Positions 10,155 to 20,134 of a stretch of 42,972 nucleotides of DNA are shown here, piece by piece. Under the pieces are notes generated by a model. The model saw only the letters and a list, made by a program, of their open reading frames with translations, was not told where the DNA came from and did not search any database. Origin of the DNA: Cyanophyceae cyanobacterium. GTDB taxonomy: Bacteria > Cyanobacteriota > Cyanobacteriia > Cyanobacteriales > Laspinemataceae. The position numbers were made by a program, and so were the translations under genes. Location of the stretch: the NCBI GenBank assembly GCA_038321985.1, contig JBBQFN010000042.1, positions 1 to 42,972 of the forward strand. Reading direction: 5' to 3'. How positions within the stretch are numbered: the first letter of the stretch is position 1; each line of letters starts with the position of its first letter.

Positions 10155-13100
10155 TTACTCGATCCCTTCAATCCGGTCCTCCACTTCTTGATACAACTCG
10201 CGCAGGTGGTCTAAATTCTCCTCGCTGGTTTCCCAGTACCCACGGCCATTGGCTTCTAGCAAGGTGGTGACCATCTTGCGGAACGAGTTCGGATTCAGGT
10301 TCAGGAGGCGTTTCTGCATCTCCTCATCCTTCATAAAGGTCTCGTTCGCTTCTTCGTACACCCAGTTATCCACTGCACCGGCTGTGGCACTCCATCCCAT
10401 TGTGTTGACGAGGCGTTTTGAGAGTTCCCGGACGCCTTCGTATCCGTGAGAGAGCATTCCCTCGTACCACTTGGGATTGAGCATTTTGGTGCGCGTATCT
10501 AAGCGGACGGTTTCCGATAGGGTTCGCACTTGGGCGTTGGCGGTGGTGGTGTCGGCGATGTATGCGGCGGGTTTCTTGCCGTCGCCGCGTAAGGTACCGA
10601 TGACTTTAGTCGGGTCGGAGTCGAAGTAGTGAGAAACGTCTGTGAGACTGATTTCCGAAGAATCCAAGTTTTGGAAGGTGACATCAGCCGTTTTCAAGGA
10701 GGACTCGAAAATCTGGCGGTCTTGTTCCATTGTTCCGGGATTATCCGAGGAGAAGGCAAAGGATTTACGGGTGAGATACATTTCCTGTAACTCGTTCTCG
10801 CTTTCCCAGGTGCTATTCTCCACCGCTAGGTTGACGTTAGAGGCGTAGGAACCGGATGCGTTAGAAAAGACGCGGGTAGCAGCTTGGCGCAGGTTGATTC
10901 CCATCTCTTCGGCTTGTTTCATCGCGTGTTTACGGATGAAGTTCATTTCTAACGGTTCATCGGCTTCGGCAGCCATTTTCACGGCTTTGTCTAACAGGTT
11001 CATTTGGTTGATGAACAAGTCGCGGAAGACGCCGGAACAGTTGATGACGACATCGATGCGGGGACGTCCTAATTCTTCTAAACTCAGGAGTTCCAGTTTG
11101 TTGACTCGTCCTAACGCATCGGGAACGGGTTTGACTCCCACCATCCACATGATTTGGGCGAGAGATTCCCCGTAGGTTTTGATGTTATCGGTTCCCCAGA
11201 GGACGCAGGCGATGGTTTCCGGCCATTGTCCGTTATTTTCCCGCCGTTGCCGGTCTAACAGGCGGTCTACAACGATTTTAGCGGAAGTGACTGCTGCGGC
11301 GGTGGGGATGGATTGGGGGTCAAGGGCGTGGATGTTTTTGCCGGTGGGGAGGACATCGGGGTTCCGGATGGGGTCGCCACCGGGTCCGGGGAGGACATAT
11401 TCTCCTTCTAAGGCGCGCAATAAGGCCCCGAGTTCGTTATCAGCGCAGATTTGCTGCAAGCAGAATTCGAGATACTCAAATAGGGGTTTGAGGTCGTCGG
11501 TATTAACTTTAGGATAGCCCGATTGATGGAGGGATTCCACCCAGGGGGCTTTTTTACCCATGTTGAAGAAGTTGAGTTTGGAAACTCGGGAAACTCGTCC
11601 TTCGGCGTCGGTTTGTTCTTGGACGAGGGCGGCGACGGCGGCGCGAATGGCTTGGATAATGGCCTGTAAGAGTTCAACGTCTTCTAAAATGCCTTTATCG
11701 TTGTTGGCATAGATTTCGTCGATGTCCCGTCCGATGCTGTTGGCGATAATCCGCAGCAGACTCTTGACGCCTTCTTCATCGCGATCGAGGGAGGCGATGT
11801 TGACTAAGGTGGCGATCGCCTCTTCTGCTGATGGCGGTTTCCCAATCACGTGCAACCCACAGGGTAACAACCGTGATTCGATTTCCATCAGCTTACGGTA
11901 GACTTGACCCACTACATTATCCCGTTCCTCGGGAGTGAGTTCGATCGCATCTTTATCCGGCAAGTTGATATCCTGATCCAAATTCACCAACCGGCATTTA
12001 TCCATGATGGTGTTGACGATCGCCACTCCCCGTCCGCTATCTTTCAGGGTTTGATAGGACCCAATCAACTCATTCAGTTCTTGCAGTCCCTTGTATAACC
12101 CCGCATTCTCCGCCGGTGGCGTCAAATAGCTAATGGTTTCGGCGTAGGACCGACGTTTGGCGATCGTTGCCTCAGACGGATTATTAGCCGCGTAATAGTA
12201 GATATTGGGAATCTTGCCAATCAAGCTATCGGGATAACATTCCCCCGACATCCCCATCTGCTTCCCAGGCATAAATTCTAAGGACCCGTGAGTGCCAAAG
12301 TGGAGCACTGCATCGGCACCCCAAATCTTCTCCAAATAGGTGTAGTAAGCTGCAAACCCATGATGAGGACTGGCCGATCGCGAAAATAGCAACCGCATCG
12401 GGTCACCTTCATACCCAAAGGTTGGCTGAATCCCGATAAAGACGTTTCCAAAAGACTTGCCATACACCAGCAAATTTTGTCCGTCGGTGTTGAGATGTCC
12501 CGGAGGCGGTCCCCAGTTTTCTTGTAGGCGTTCGGAATAGGGTGTCAGTTTTTCATACTCTTCTACCGACATCCGATAGGCAACATTCAGTTCCGGGCTA
12601 TTGTACTGCGCTTGAGCATCATGGATGACTTCCAGCATTAGTTGTTCGGCAGACTCAGGCAACTCCGGAAGGTCATACCCGTTACATTTGAGGGCGTTCA
12701 TCACTTCATAGATGCTGCCGAACACATCCAGATAGGCAGCAGTTCCCACATTCCCTTTATCCGGGGGGAAGCTAAAAATGGTGATAGCCAGTTTTTTATC
12801 AAGTTTCGGCTTACGGCGTAGGGTTGCCCATTTAATCGCCCGTTGGGTGACGGTTTCGATGCGGTCCTGGAGGGCGATCGCCTTCCCGGTAGCCCCATCT
12901 CGTCCGGATAAAATAATCGGTTCGATCGCCCCATCCAATTCGGGAATCGCAATCTGTAACGCCACCTGAATCGGGTGTAACCCCAAATCACTATCCTGCC
13001 ATTCTTCCGTAGTTTGGAACACTAAAGGCAAGGCCACCATATAGGGCCGATTTAACCGTTTCAAAGACTCGATCGCCTTGGGATGGTCTTGACGGGCGGG

Positions 13101-14138
13101 GCCTCCCACTAGGGCAAATCCGGTCAACGAAATCACCGTATCCACCAACGCCAGGGGTTCAACGCCTTTCGCCCCAACATCCCAGAAATAGGCATCCACA
13201 GGTTTAGAAAAGTCCAACCCTCCGGCAAATACTGGAATGGGTCTGGCCCCCAAGGCTTCAATTTCCTGGACCATTGCCACATAATGGGCATCATCCCCGG
13301 TAACCAGGTGCGTCCGTTGCAGCACTAAGCCGATACAGGGGGCTAACGGGTCTTTGAGGTCATCGGAGATGTCATCGCGGCTGTTATACCAGTTTAGATA
13401 ATCCTTAACATCCTCAAACATTTTTGGGGCCAAGGGATGCCAGATTCCCATATCCAGATAAACCACTGGATCCTGGAATTTCACCGTTTGCTGACCCTTG
13501 AAGACGTATTTATCTGCCAACATCAGCAGAAAATTTTCCAGGTTTTCTGAGGACCCTCCCAACCAATATTGGAAACTCAGCATGAAGTTGCGGGCATCCT
13601 GGGCTTTATCCATCGGCAGATATTTGAGGACTTTCGGCAAAGTTTGCAGCAGCTTGAGCATTCCATCCTGGAAAGAACTCCCGGATTTTTCCTTGCGCTT
13701 TTTCATAAATTGCCCGATCGCACTCTTGGATTGACCCAATTGCGCCATCGAGAAACTGCCCATTTTATTCAGACGCATCACCTCCGGCATGGAGGGGAAA
13801 ATCACCGCCACATCCAGGCGATCGCGTTGCGGTTCAACTGCCGCCGTTACTTTTTGGGCTAAATCTTCAATGAAAATTAGGGAAGCAATAAAAACATTTG
13901 CCGTGGCTAGATCCTGCTTAAAAGCCTCGTAGTTATTCGAGTCACGCAGTTCTTCGATCAAGTAACCACTGATTTCAATGGCTAAATTTGGGTTATTTTC
14001 GTTGATTGAGCGAACCGCAGACGATAAAGCACTCTGATACTGGGCTTCTAGCACGACATAGACCACCTTCAGTAAAGAACGCCCTCTAAGTTCATCCGGG
14101 GCAATGTGTCGAATGGTGGGCTTGACGTGTGTGAACAT
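10155..14138 (-). CDS. chlH: Magnesium chelatase subunit H
   Basis: 1327 aa. [41 protein letters not shown]-terminal [10 protein letters not shown]. Confidence 0.98.
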   Translation of the reverse strand: MFTHVKPTIRHIAPDELRGRSLLKVVYVVLEAQYQSALSSAVRSINENNPNLAIEISGYLIEELRDSNNYEAFKQDLATANVFIASLIFIEDLAQKVTAAVEPQRDRLDVAVIFPSMPEVMRLNKMGSFSMAQLGQSKSAIGQFMKKRKEKSGSSFQDGMLKLLQTLPKVLKYLPMDKAQDARNFMLSFQYWLGGSSENLENFLLMLADKYVFKGQQTVKFQDPVVYLDMGIWHPLAPKMFEDVKDYLNWYNSRDDISDDLKDPLAPCIGLVLQRTHLVTGDDAHYVAMVQEIEALGARPIPVFAGGLDFSKPVDAYFWDVGAKGVEPLALVDTVISLTGFALVGGPARQDHPKAIESLKRLNRPYMVALPLVFQTTEEWQDSDLGLHPIQVALQIAIPELDGAIEPIILSGRDGATGKAIALQDRIETVTQRAIKWATLRRKPKLDKKLAITIFSFPPDKGNVGTAAYLDVFGSIYEVMNALKCNGYDLPELPESAEQLMLEVIHDAQAQYNSPELNVAYRMSVEEYEKLTPYSERLQENWGPPPGHLNTDGQNLLVYGKSFGNVFIGIQPTFGYEGDPMRLLFSRSASPHHGFAAYYTYLEKIWGADAVLHFGTHGSLEFMPGKQMGMSGECYPDSLIGKIPNIYYYAANNPSEATIAKRRSYAETISYLTPPAENAGLYKGLQELNELIGSYQTLKDSGRGVAIVNTIMDKCRLVNLDQDINLPDKDAIELTPEERDNVVGQVYRKLMEIESRLLPCGLHVIGKPPSAEEAIATLVNIASLDRDEEGVKSLLRIIANSIGRDIDEIYANNDKGILEDVELLQAIIQAIRAAVAALVQEQTDAEGRVSRVSKLNFFNMGKKAPWVESLHQSGYPKVNTDDLKPLFEYLEFCLQQICADNELGALLRALEGEYVLPGPGGDPIRNPDVLPTGKNIHALDPQSIPTAAAVTSAKIVVDRLLDRQRRENNGQWPETIACVLWGTDNIKTYGESLAQIMWMVGVKPVPDALGRVNKLELLSLEELGRPRIDVVINCSGVFRDLFINQMNLLDKAVKMAAEADEPLEMNFIRKHAMKQAEEMGINLRQAATRVFSNASGSYASNVNLAVENSTWESENELQEMYLTRKSFAFSSDNPGTMEQDRQIFESSLKTADVTFQNLDSSEISLTDVSHYFDSDPTKVIGTLRGDGKKPAAYIADTTTANAQVRTLSETVRLDTRTKMLNPKWYEGMLSHGYEGVRELSKRLVNTMGWSATAGAVDNWVYEEANETFMKDEEMQKRLLNLNPNSFRKMVTTLLEANGRGYWETSEENLDHLRELYQEVEDRIEGIE

Positions 14139-14236
14139 GAAGTTTAGCTCCTTTTAGATGCGCGTCCAGCAATTTAGCAGTTAGGTTTGGAGCGTCGGAA
14201 TCAGGTTCTAGCCAGTCCAACGCAAAAGTGGCAACT

Positions 14237-14250
14237 GTAAGAGTTTTTAC
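14237..14250. promoter_or_regulatory. Possible NtcA box (GTA-N8-TAC) about 100 bp upstream of chlH
   Basis: GTAAGAGTTTTTAC matches GTAN8TAC. The motif is short and could occur by chance. Confidence 0.25.
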
Positions 14251-14744
14251 CAAAAAATGCGCCTCTCTGGGGGCTTTTGGCCCCCATCCGACACAATTCG
14301 ATAAGAAACTATTGCCAATTGTGTAGTTTTGTTAACTTTATTATCCGGTGTTTACTTTACCATGTTCATTACATAGATTCATAAATTACCCGAAATTTAG
14401 CCCCCTTGCTTTATCAAATAACAGATTAAGGATTAAGGATTACGAAAATGTAATAAAATTTGATAGGGTTATGGTAGGGTTGCCCAAATAGAAGAAAGTG
14501 AGAAGCTATGAGCCTCGGCTGTAAGTGAGGTTAAAAAGTCAACCCCTCAAAGTGCCACAATCGTCCTTTCACCCTTCTCAAATCAAGCCTTGGGTTCGGT
14601 GAATACCCCCTTTAGCTGCCCGATATTTAATCTTTTAAAAAGAATATATGCCCACTTGATCCCAAACGAAATTATTAAGGTACAATACTTCTCATACCCG
14701 TCAACAACTGACGAGTAAAAATATTATGGTGTGGGGAAGTTACG

Positions 14745-16343
14745 ATGAGCTTTGCGGTTTATAACGAAAGTTTTTACTTGGCGAATTATTCAGACATTCA
14801 AGGGGCGGTTAATGCTGGAACCTTTCCATCCGGTCTGAACCATTTCCAAACATTTGGGTTAGGAGAAGGAAGAGTCCAGGTTTCTCCCTTTTATGATGAG
14901 GCGACTTACTTACGCAATAATCTGGATGTAGCAGCAGCGGTCAATAATGGAACCCTAACCTCTGGGTTACAACATTTTATTCAATTAGGGGAAGCAGAAG
15001 GACGAGTAAGTATTTCCCCGGTTTGGAACGAAAGCACTTATTTATCTCTGAATCCTGATGTAGCGGGGGCCGTGAATAGTGGACTTTTGGCCTCGGGATT
15101 GCAACACTTTCTCGCCCTGGGACAAGCCGAAGGACGTCCGGGCGCACCCAGTGTCTCCCAAACCCCAGCCGGGTTTAACGAACAATCTTATTTCGCGATT
15201 AATCCCGATGTCAGAACCGCCGTAGAGTCGGGGATACTCAGTTCTGGATTAGCCCATTATCAAAGTTTTGGACAATTTGAAGCGAATCGGGCGGGGGTTT
15301 TCCTCGGTACCAGTGGGAGTGATACGATTAATGCCTTTGGACAAGCTACAGGCATTATCGGCGTGGGACTTTCTAATATTACCCCCTTGGGGATTGGTGG
15401 ATTCGATGGAATTCCCACCAGTTTAGGAATCGGAGAAATTGACACCTTAATTGGAGGATCGGGAGGCGATGTTTTTAATCTCGGAAATGGAATTACTCCC
15501 TTACAACCCACCCCGCAAAAATTGTATGTAGGACAGGGTAATCTAGACTACGGCTTGATTAAAAACTTTCAGGTAGAGCAAGATTTAATTGTGCTGGCGG
15601 GGGAACCGAGGGAATATATCTTTGATTCTGGAGATGGAAATTTCCTGATTTCGACCGCAGCCGGAGATTTGGTAGGGGTTGTAGAAGGGGTAGCCAACCT
15701 ACAAATTAGAAATATTTTTAATGATGGCACCTTCATTTTATCCGGCGGGAATGGATCGCTGGTTACAGAGATTCCCGGGTTCAGCGATCGCGTTTATTTG
15801 GCGGTGAATGAAGATGTAGCCGCAGGGGTACGATCCGGCAATTTCCCCTCGGGATTGGCACATTACCAACAATTTGGGCAAAATGAAGGGCGCGTCGGGG
15901 TATTTAGCGGAACCCTTGGCAGCGATGAAATTACGGGTTTTGGTCAAAATACCACCTTGATCGGCGTTGGGTTAACGGTGATAGCAGATTCACCTAACCG
16001 AGATGTGATTCCCACCAGTACAGGTGCGGAAGAAGTGGATATTTTAATTGGAGGGACTGGGGCTGATGCGTTTATATTGGGGACAGGAATTAGCTTTGCA
16101 AATTCCACAATTCAGCCATTTTATGTGGGGAATGGGAATGAGGATTATGCTCTAATCCGTAATTTTGAACGCGGAAAGGATGTGATTCAGTTAGGGGGAA
16201 ATCCCGAAGAATATACCTTCCAGGCATCGGATGGGAATTTAAACATTTTCCGAAATCCCGGAGATTTAGTAGGCATTATCGAGGGGGTGACAAGTCTAAA
16301 CGTGACCAATACCTTTACTACAGGTCGATTTTTGATGAGTTAA
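14745..16343 (+). CDS. Cyanobacterial surface/calcium-binding repeat protein
   Basis: Five F/YxExxYLxxNxDV..A...G...SGL.HF...G..EGR repeats and two copies of a GxxGxD / DxLIGGxGxDxF RTX-like module. Confidence 0.75.
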   Translation: MSFAVYNESFYLANYSDIQGAVNAGTFPSGLNHFQTFGLGEGRVQVSPFYDEATYLRNNLDVAAAVNNGTLTSGLQHFIQLGEAEGRVSISPVWNESTYLSLNPDVAGAVNSGLLASGLQHFLALGQAEGRPGAPSVSQTPAGFNEQSYFAINPDVRTAVESGILSSGLAHYQSFGQFEANRAGVFLGTSGSDTINAFGQATGIIGVGLSNITPLGIGGFDGIPTSLGIGEIDTLIGGSGGDVFNLGNGITPLQPTPQKLYVGQGNLDYGLIKNFQVEQDLIVLAGEPREYIFDSGDGNFLISTAAGDLVGVVEGVANLQIRNIFNDGTFILSGGNGSLVTEIPGFSDRVYLAVNEDVAAGVRSGNFPSGLAHYQQFGQNEGRVGVFSGTLGSDEITGFGQNTTLIGVGLTVIADSPNRDVIPTSTGAEEVDILIGGTGADAFILGTGISFANSTIQPFYVGNGNEDYALIRNFERGKDVIQLGGNPEEYTFQASDGNLNIFRNPGDLVGIIEGVTSLNVTNTFTTGRFLMS

Positions 16344-16387
16344 ACCCCAGGCACTTATAGAAAATTAAGTGCCGACTCAGAAAGGAT

Positions 16388-16424
16388 TGCGATCGCCTTA
16401 AAGGGAGACTCAAGGGCGATCGCA
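16388..16424. terminator. HIP1-based hairpin between convergent genes
   Basis: TGCGATCGCC(TT)...(AAG)GGCGATCGCA inverted repeat followed by CTTTT. Confidence 0.45.
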
Positions 16425-16533
16425 CTTTTGGAGTCAAGACGGACGAATAACAACAATTGCCCGAAGAAGAAACTCCGGTGGCCTCTCCATCCTCACATCA
16501 AACTCCAGTGCAGAAACCAAAAGAATCTTTAAT

Positions 16534-17010
16534 TCAGGTGCGATCACGAGCTTTCTTAATGATTTCCACAACCTTCGGATGTCCTTCTTCTGCCGCCCAA
16601 ACCAACGCCGTCCAGTTATTGCGGTCCTTCGCTCCAATATCGGCACCGCGATCGATTAAACATTGTACCACATCGCCATGTCCATTTCCCGCAGCAGTAA
16701 TTAAAGCCGTTACCCCAAACTCACTTTGGGCATTGATATCTGCACCGGCTGCAATTAACGCCTCTACAACCTCCACCTTACCGGAACCTGCTGCACTCAT
16801 CAACGCCGTCCACCCATCATTATCGGCATTTTTAGCCTCTGCACCGGCATCGAGTAACAATTGCACCAATTCCAGATTTCCACTCTCCGCCGCAACGGTT
16901 AATGCCGTCAATCCATCGGCATTTTGTTGATTGACGTCCGCATTTCCCTGAAGTAATGCTTGTACCGAGGATTTTTCTCCGGTTTTAATCGCCTCGATTA
17001 ACTCAGTCAT
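16534..17010 (-). CDS. Ankyrin repeat protein
   Basis: Four G.TAL..AA..G..E.V..L...GAD.N repeats. GGAG RBS upstream. Confidence 0.93.
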   Translation of the reverse strand: MTELIEAIKTGEKSSVQALLQGNADVNQQNADGLTALTVAAESGNLELVQLLLDAGAEAKNADNDGWTALMSAAGSGKVEVVEALIAAGADINAQSEFGVTALITAAGNGHGDVVQCLIDRGADIGAKDRNNWTALVWAAEEGHPKVVEIIKKARDRT

Positions 17011-17103
17011 CCCTGATCTCCTCTGTGATTATAAGGTGATTAACTACCCACAACGTCTGATATTCTATCGAGAATCTAAACACTAAAATTTAAACTTTAA
17101 ATC

Positions 17104-18375
17104 GTGATTATGACAGCGGTCGATATTGTAATTTTGTCTAACGGTCCTGGAGAATTAGCTACCTGGGTGCGTCCCGTAGTCCGCGCCTTGCGACAACAAC
17201 TTGGCGATCGCCGAGATCAGGTCCGAATCTCAGTTATTCTATCTCCCTGTCCCCATGCTACGGGAAAAGAAGCGGCGATCGCCCGGTCTTATCCAGAAAT
17301 TGACCGAGTACAGGAAGCACAACATTTTTGGCCCTTTTTACTCCGGGGAAAAACGGCTGACAATTGGGGGTGGCGAGAAAAAGGGGTGGTCCTCTTCCTG
17401 GGTGGCGACCAGTTTTTTACCCTCGTCCTCGGCAAACGATTGGGGTATCGTACCGTCATCTATGCGGAACGGGAAGCGCGATGGCAACGGTGGATTGACC
17501 GTTTTGCCGTGATGAATAGTCAGGTGCAACCCCAGAAATATGGTCATAAATTTACCATTGTCGGGGATTTAATTGCCGATGTTGCCGGGGAGTGGGGAAA
17601 GGAAGCCGGGGAAGGTGGAGAATGGGTTGAGGCAGAAGAACTAATTGGACTGCTGCCGGGGTCGAAATCGGCAAAACTGATGCAGGGAGTTCCGTTATGT
17701 TTGGCGATCGCCGAGTGCATCCATCAAGTGCGTCCCCACACCCAATTTGTGATTCCTGTCGCCCCCAGCTTAGAGATAGAAACCCTAGCCGAATTTGCCA
17801 ATCCGCAACAGAATCCCATCCTAGAATTAGTCAACGGCACACCCGGGGAATTAAAACAAGAAGATAACAATAGTTTGGCGTATTTGGAGACACCCAGCGG
17901 ATTGAGAGTGCCACTCTGGAGGCGATCGCCTGCTTATGATTTGCTCTCCCAATGTACCCTGTGCCTCACAACTGTCGGTGCCAACACCGCCGAACTGGGT
18001 GCCCTGGGAATCCCCATGATAGTCTTATTACCCACCCAACAATTAGATGCCATGCGTGCTTGGGATGGATTGCCTGGAATTTTAGCAAATTTACCCCTGT
18101 TGGGGTCAATGTTTGCCAAATTGATTAATCGCTTAGTCTTGCGCCAAGGGAAACTTTTTGCCTGGCCGAATATTTGGGCCGGAGAGGAAATTGTTCCCGA
18201 ACTGGTGGGAAATCTTCAACCCCAACAAGTCGCCGAACTCGTCTTAAATTGGTTAGAAAATCCAGAAAAGTTGCAAATGACTCGGGATAGACTGCATTCT
18301 GTACGAGGACAACCAGGTGCAGCGAATACAATTGCTAAAATTCTCATAGAACAAATTCAAGCCCAATTAAATTAA
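17104..18375 (+). CDS. Lipid-A-disaccharide synthase-like glycosyltransferase (LpxB-like)
   Basis: ILSNGPGE, FLGGDQ, GLLPGSK..K, TTVGANTAEL, AWPNIWA....VPEL match the cyanobacterial LpxB-like family. Confidence 0.8.
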   Translation: MIMTAVDIVILSNGPGELATWVRPVVRALRQQLGDRRDQVRISVILSPCPHATGKEAAIARSYPEIDRVQEAQHFWPFLLRGKTADNWGWREKGVVLFLGGDQFFTLVLGKRLGYRTVIYAEREARWQRWIDRFAVMNSQVQPQKYGHKFTIVGDLIADVAGEWGKEAGEGGEWVEAEELIGLLPGSKSAKLMQGVPLCLAIAECIHQVRPHTQFVIPVAPSLEIETLAEFANPQQNPILELVNGTPGELKQEDNNSLAYLETPSGLRVPLWRRSPAYDLLSQCTLCLTTVGANTAELGALGIPMIVLLPTQQLDAMRAWDGLPGILANLPLLGSMFAKLINRLVLRQGKLFAWPNIWAGEEIVPELVGNLQPQQVAELVLNWLENPEKLQMTRDRLHSVRGQPGAANTIAKILIEQIQAQLN

Positions 18376-18385
18376 CCTCAACCCT

Positions 18386-18410
18386 GTAGGGGCAATTCGT
18401 GAATTGCCCC
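18386..18410. repeat. REP-like GTAG palindrome / terminator
   Basis: GTAGGGGCAATTC-gt-GAATTGCCCC followed by a T-run. Confidence 0.65.
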
Positions 18411-18478
18411 ATTTTTCCACATCTAACTCAGGGTTTTAAAAATCTCCAAATCTATCAGAAATATATATAAAAAAACCC

Positions 18479-18508
18479 TTGCAAAACCTATTATTTTAAT
18501 TTTATAAT
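18479..18508 (+). promoter_or_regulatory. Sigma70-type promoter of the Rpn-like gene
   Basis: TTGCAA-18 bp-TATAAT with an AT-rich upstream tract. AGGAGG RBS just before GTG 18547. Confidence 0.6.
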
Positions 18509-18546
18509 CATAAATATACGCTTCAAAACCATCAGGAGGACTCAGG

Positions 18547-19506
18547 GTGGAGACCCCCAATGCCAATTATGACCAACCTTGGAAAGAAGCCTTAGAAGAC
18601 TATCTCGAACCCTTCATGGCCTTCTTTTTTCCAAAAGTTCATAATCTCATCGATTGGAGTCGAGGATACCAATCCCTCGACAAAGAACTGCAACAAATTA
18701 CCCCAAGTGCCAGCAGTGGAGAAAGAGAAGGGGATAAACTCTTCCAAGTCTGGCAAAAAAACGGAGAATCAGCCTATATCTTGATTCATATCGAAGTCCA
18801 GAGTCAAGAAGAAAGCCAATTTCCCGAACGGATGTACATCTACCATTATCGGTCCTTTGACATCCACAAAAAAGTAATTAGCCTTGCCATCCTAGGAGAC
18901 GATCGCCCGTCATGGCGTCCCAACTCCTACAGTTATGAACTCGGAGGCAGTTCCATCCGCTTTGAATTTCCCATCGCCAAACTTTTAGACTATAAAGGTC
19001 AGTGGGAGACCCTTAAAACCAGTCTCAATCCCTTAGCATTTTTAGTCATGGCCCATTTAAAAACCCAAGCCAGCACCGGAAATGCCGAAGAACGGGAACA
19101 GTATAAATGGGAGTTAGTACAGAACCTCTATGAACGAGGCTATACTGAGAATGACATCATCAAGCTATTCCGATTACTAGACTGGATGATGACCTTGCCC
19201 GAAAGCCTGCAACAAAGTTTTGACACCAAACTCAAAAACTATCAGGAGGAAAAAAAAATGCCGATTCTGAGCAATATCGAACGTCGCGCCCTGGAAACTG
19301 GTCGCCAGGAAGGTCTCCAAACCGCTCGTGATATCGTCTTGGAAGCCTTGAACGAACGGTTTCATCCAGTGCCAGCTGAGGTGATTGACCGGATTAATCA
19401 AATCTCTGATTCGGAGACTTTAAAGCAACTGTCCAAACGGGAAAGGTCTATCGGATCCCTGGCGGAATTTGAGCAATTTCTTGCCTCAATAATGACTGAC
19501 AATTAA
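18547..19506 (+). CDS. Rpn/YhgA-like PD-(D/E)xK nuclease family protein (often annotated 'transposase')
   Basis: D.PWKEAL, SLDKELQQI, DKLFQV...LIHIEVQ, RMY.Y.YR, LDWMM.LP, and a variable C-terminus GRQEG..L.ERF..VP. Confidence 0.85.
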   Translation: METPNANYDQPWKEALEDYLEPFMAFFFPKVHNLIDWSRGYQSLDKELQQITPSASSGEREGDKLFQVWQKNGESAYILIHIEVQSQEESQFPERMYIYHYRSFDIHKKVISLAILGDDRPSWRPNSYSYELGGSSIRFEFPIAKLLDYKGQWETLKTSLNPLAFLVMAHLKTQASTGNAEEREQYKWELVQNLYERGYTENDIIKLFRLLDWMMTLPESLQQSFDTKLKNYQEEKKMPILSNIERRALETGRQEGLQTARDIVLEALNERFHPVPAEVIDRINQISDSETLKQLSKRERSIGSLAEFEQFLASIMTDN

Positions 19507-19593
19507 ATCCTTAATCTATCGGAAAGGATAGGGCAGAGCCTTGTCCTTTCTTTCGATTACGAAACTATACAGAACAATCACGGGGAGGAAAAT

Positions 19594-19914
19594 ATGCCGA
19601 TTCTGAGCCATGTCGAACGTCGCGCAATGGAAGCAGTTTGCAAACAAGGTATCCCAGAAGTTTTCCAAGAAGCTTTCCAAAAAGCTTTCCAAAAAGGGTT
19701 CCAAGAAGGTCTCCAAGAAGGTCTCCAAAACTGTCGTAATATGGTTTTAGCAGTTTTGAAAAAGCGCTTTAACCCAGTGCCACCGGCAGTGACTGAACGG
19801 ATTAATCAAATCTCTGATTATGAGACTTTAAAGCAACTGTTCAAACAGGGAAGGTCTATCGGCTCCCTAGCGGAATTTGAACAAGTTCTAGAATCCATGC
19901 TGACTTCCAATTAA
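19594..19914 (+). CDS. Free-standing copy of the Rpn C-terminal domain (RpnS-like)
   Basis: MPILSHVERRA...INQISDYETLKQL...RSIGSLAEFEQ is paralogous to the last 82 aa of the upstream gene. Has its own GGAGG RBS and expanded FQE/LQEG tetrapeptide repeats. Confidence 0.85.
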   Translation: MPILSHVERRAMEAVCKQGIPEVFQEAFQKAFQKGFQEGLQEGLQNCRNMVLAVLKKRFNPVPPAVTERINQISDYETLKQLFKQGRSIGSLAEFEQVLESMLTSN

Positions 19915-20134
19915 AGATTCACTCCATCCGCCGGGACAGGATGGGGTCTTGTCCTTGGGGATGAAATGGGGAACAAACTGCCTTACAATAAATAAGGGAA
20001 AGTGCTGTGAAGCCGGGTATCAGTCCCAGACCTGCAAGGAATCCAGACCAACTCCCTCGGAAAAGCAGAAACTCGACCTCACAACCCCACTAATCCCGTT
20101 CCGGGAATCCATCGATTAATCAAGGGTAGGCAAG

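Noticed and set aside
14424..14443. GATTAAG x3 short tandem repeat upstream of chlH
   Set aside because: Too short; heptamer repeats are common in filamentous cyanobacteria.
18547..19914. IS element (Rpn 'transposase')
   Set aside because: No DDE or HUH motifs, terminal inverted repeats or target duplication seen; it is a PD-(D/E)xK family protein.
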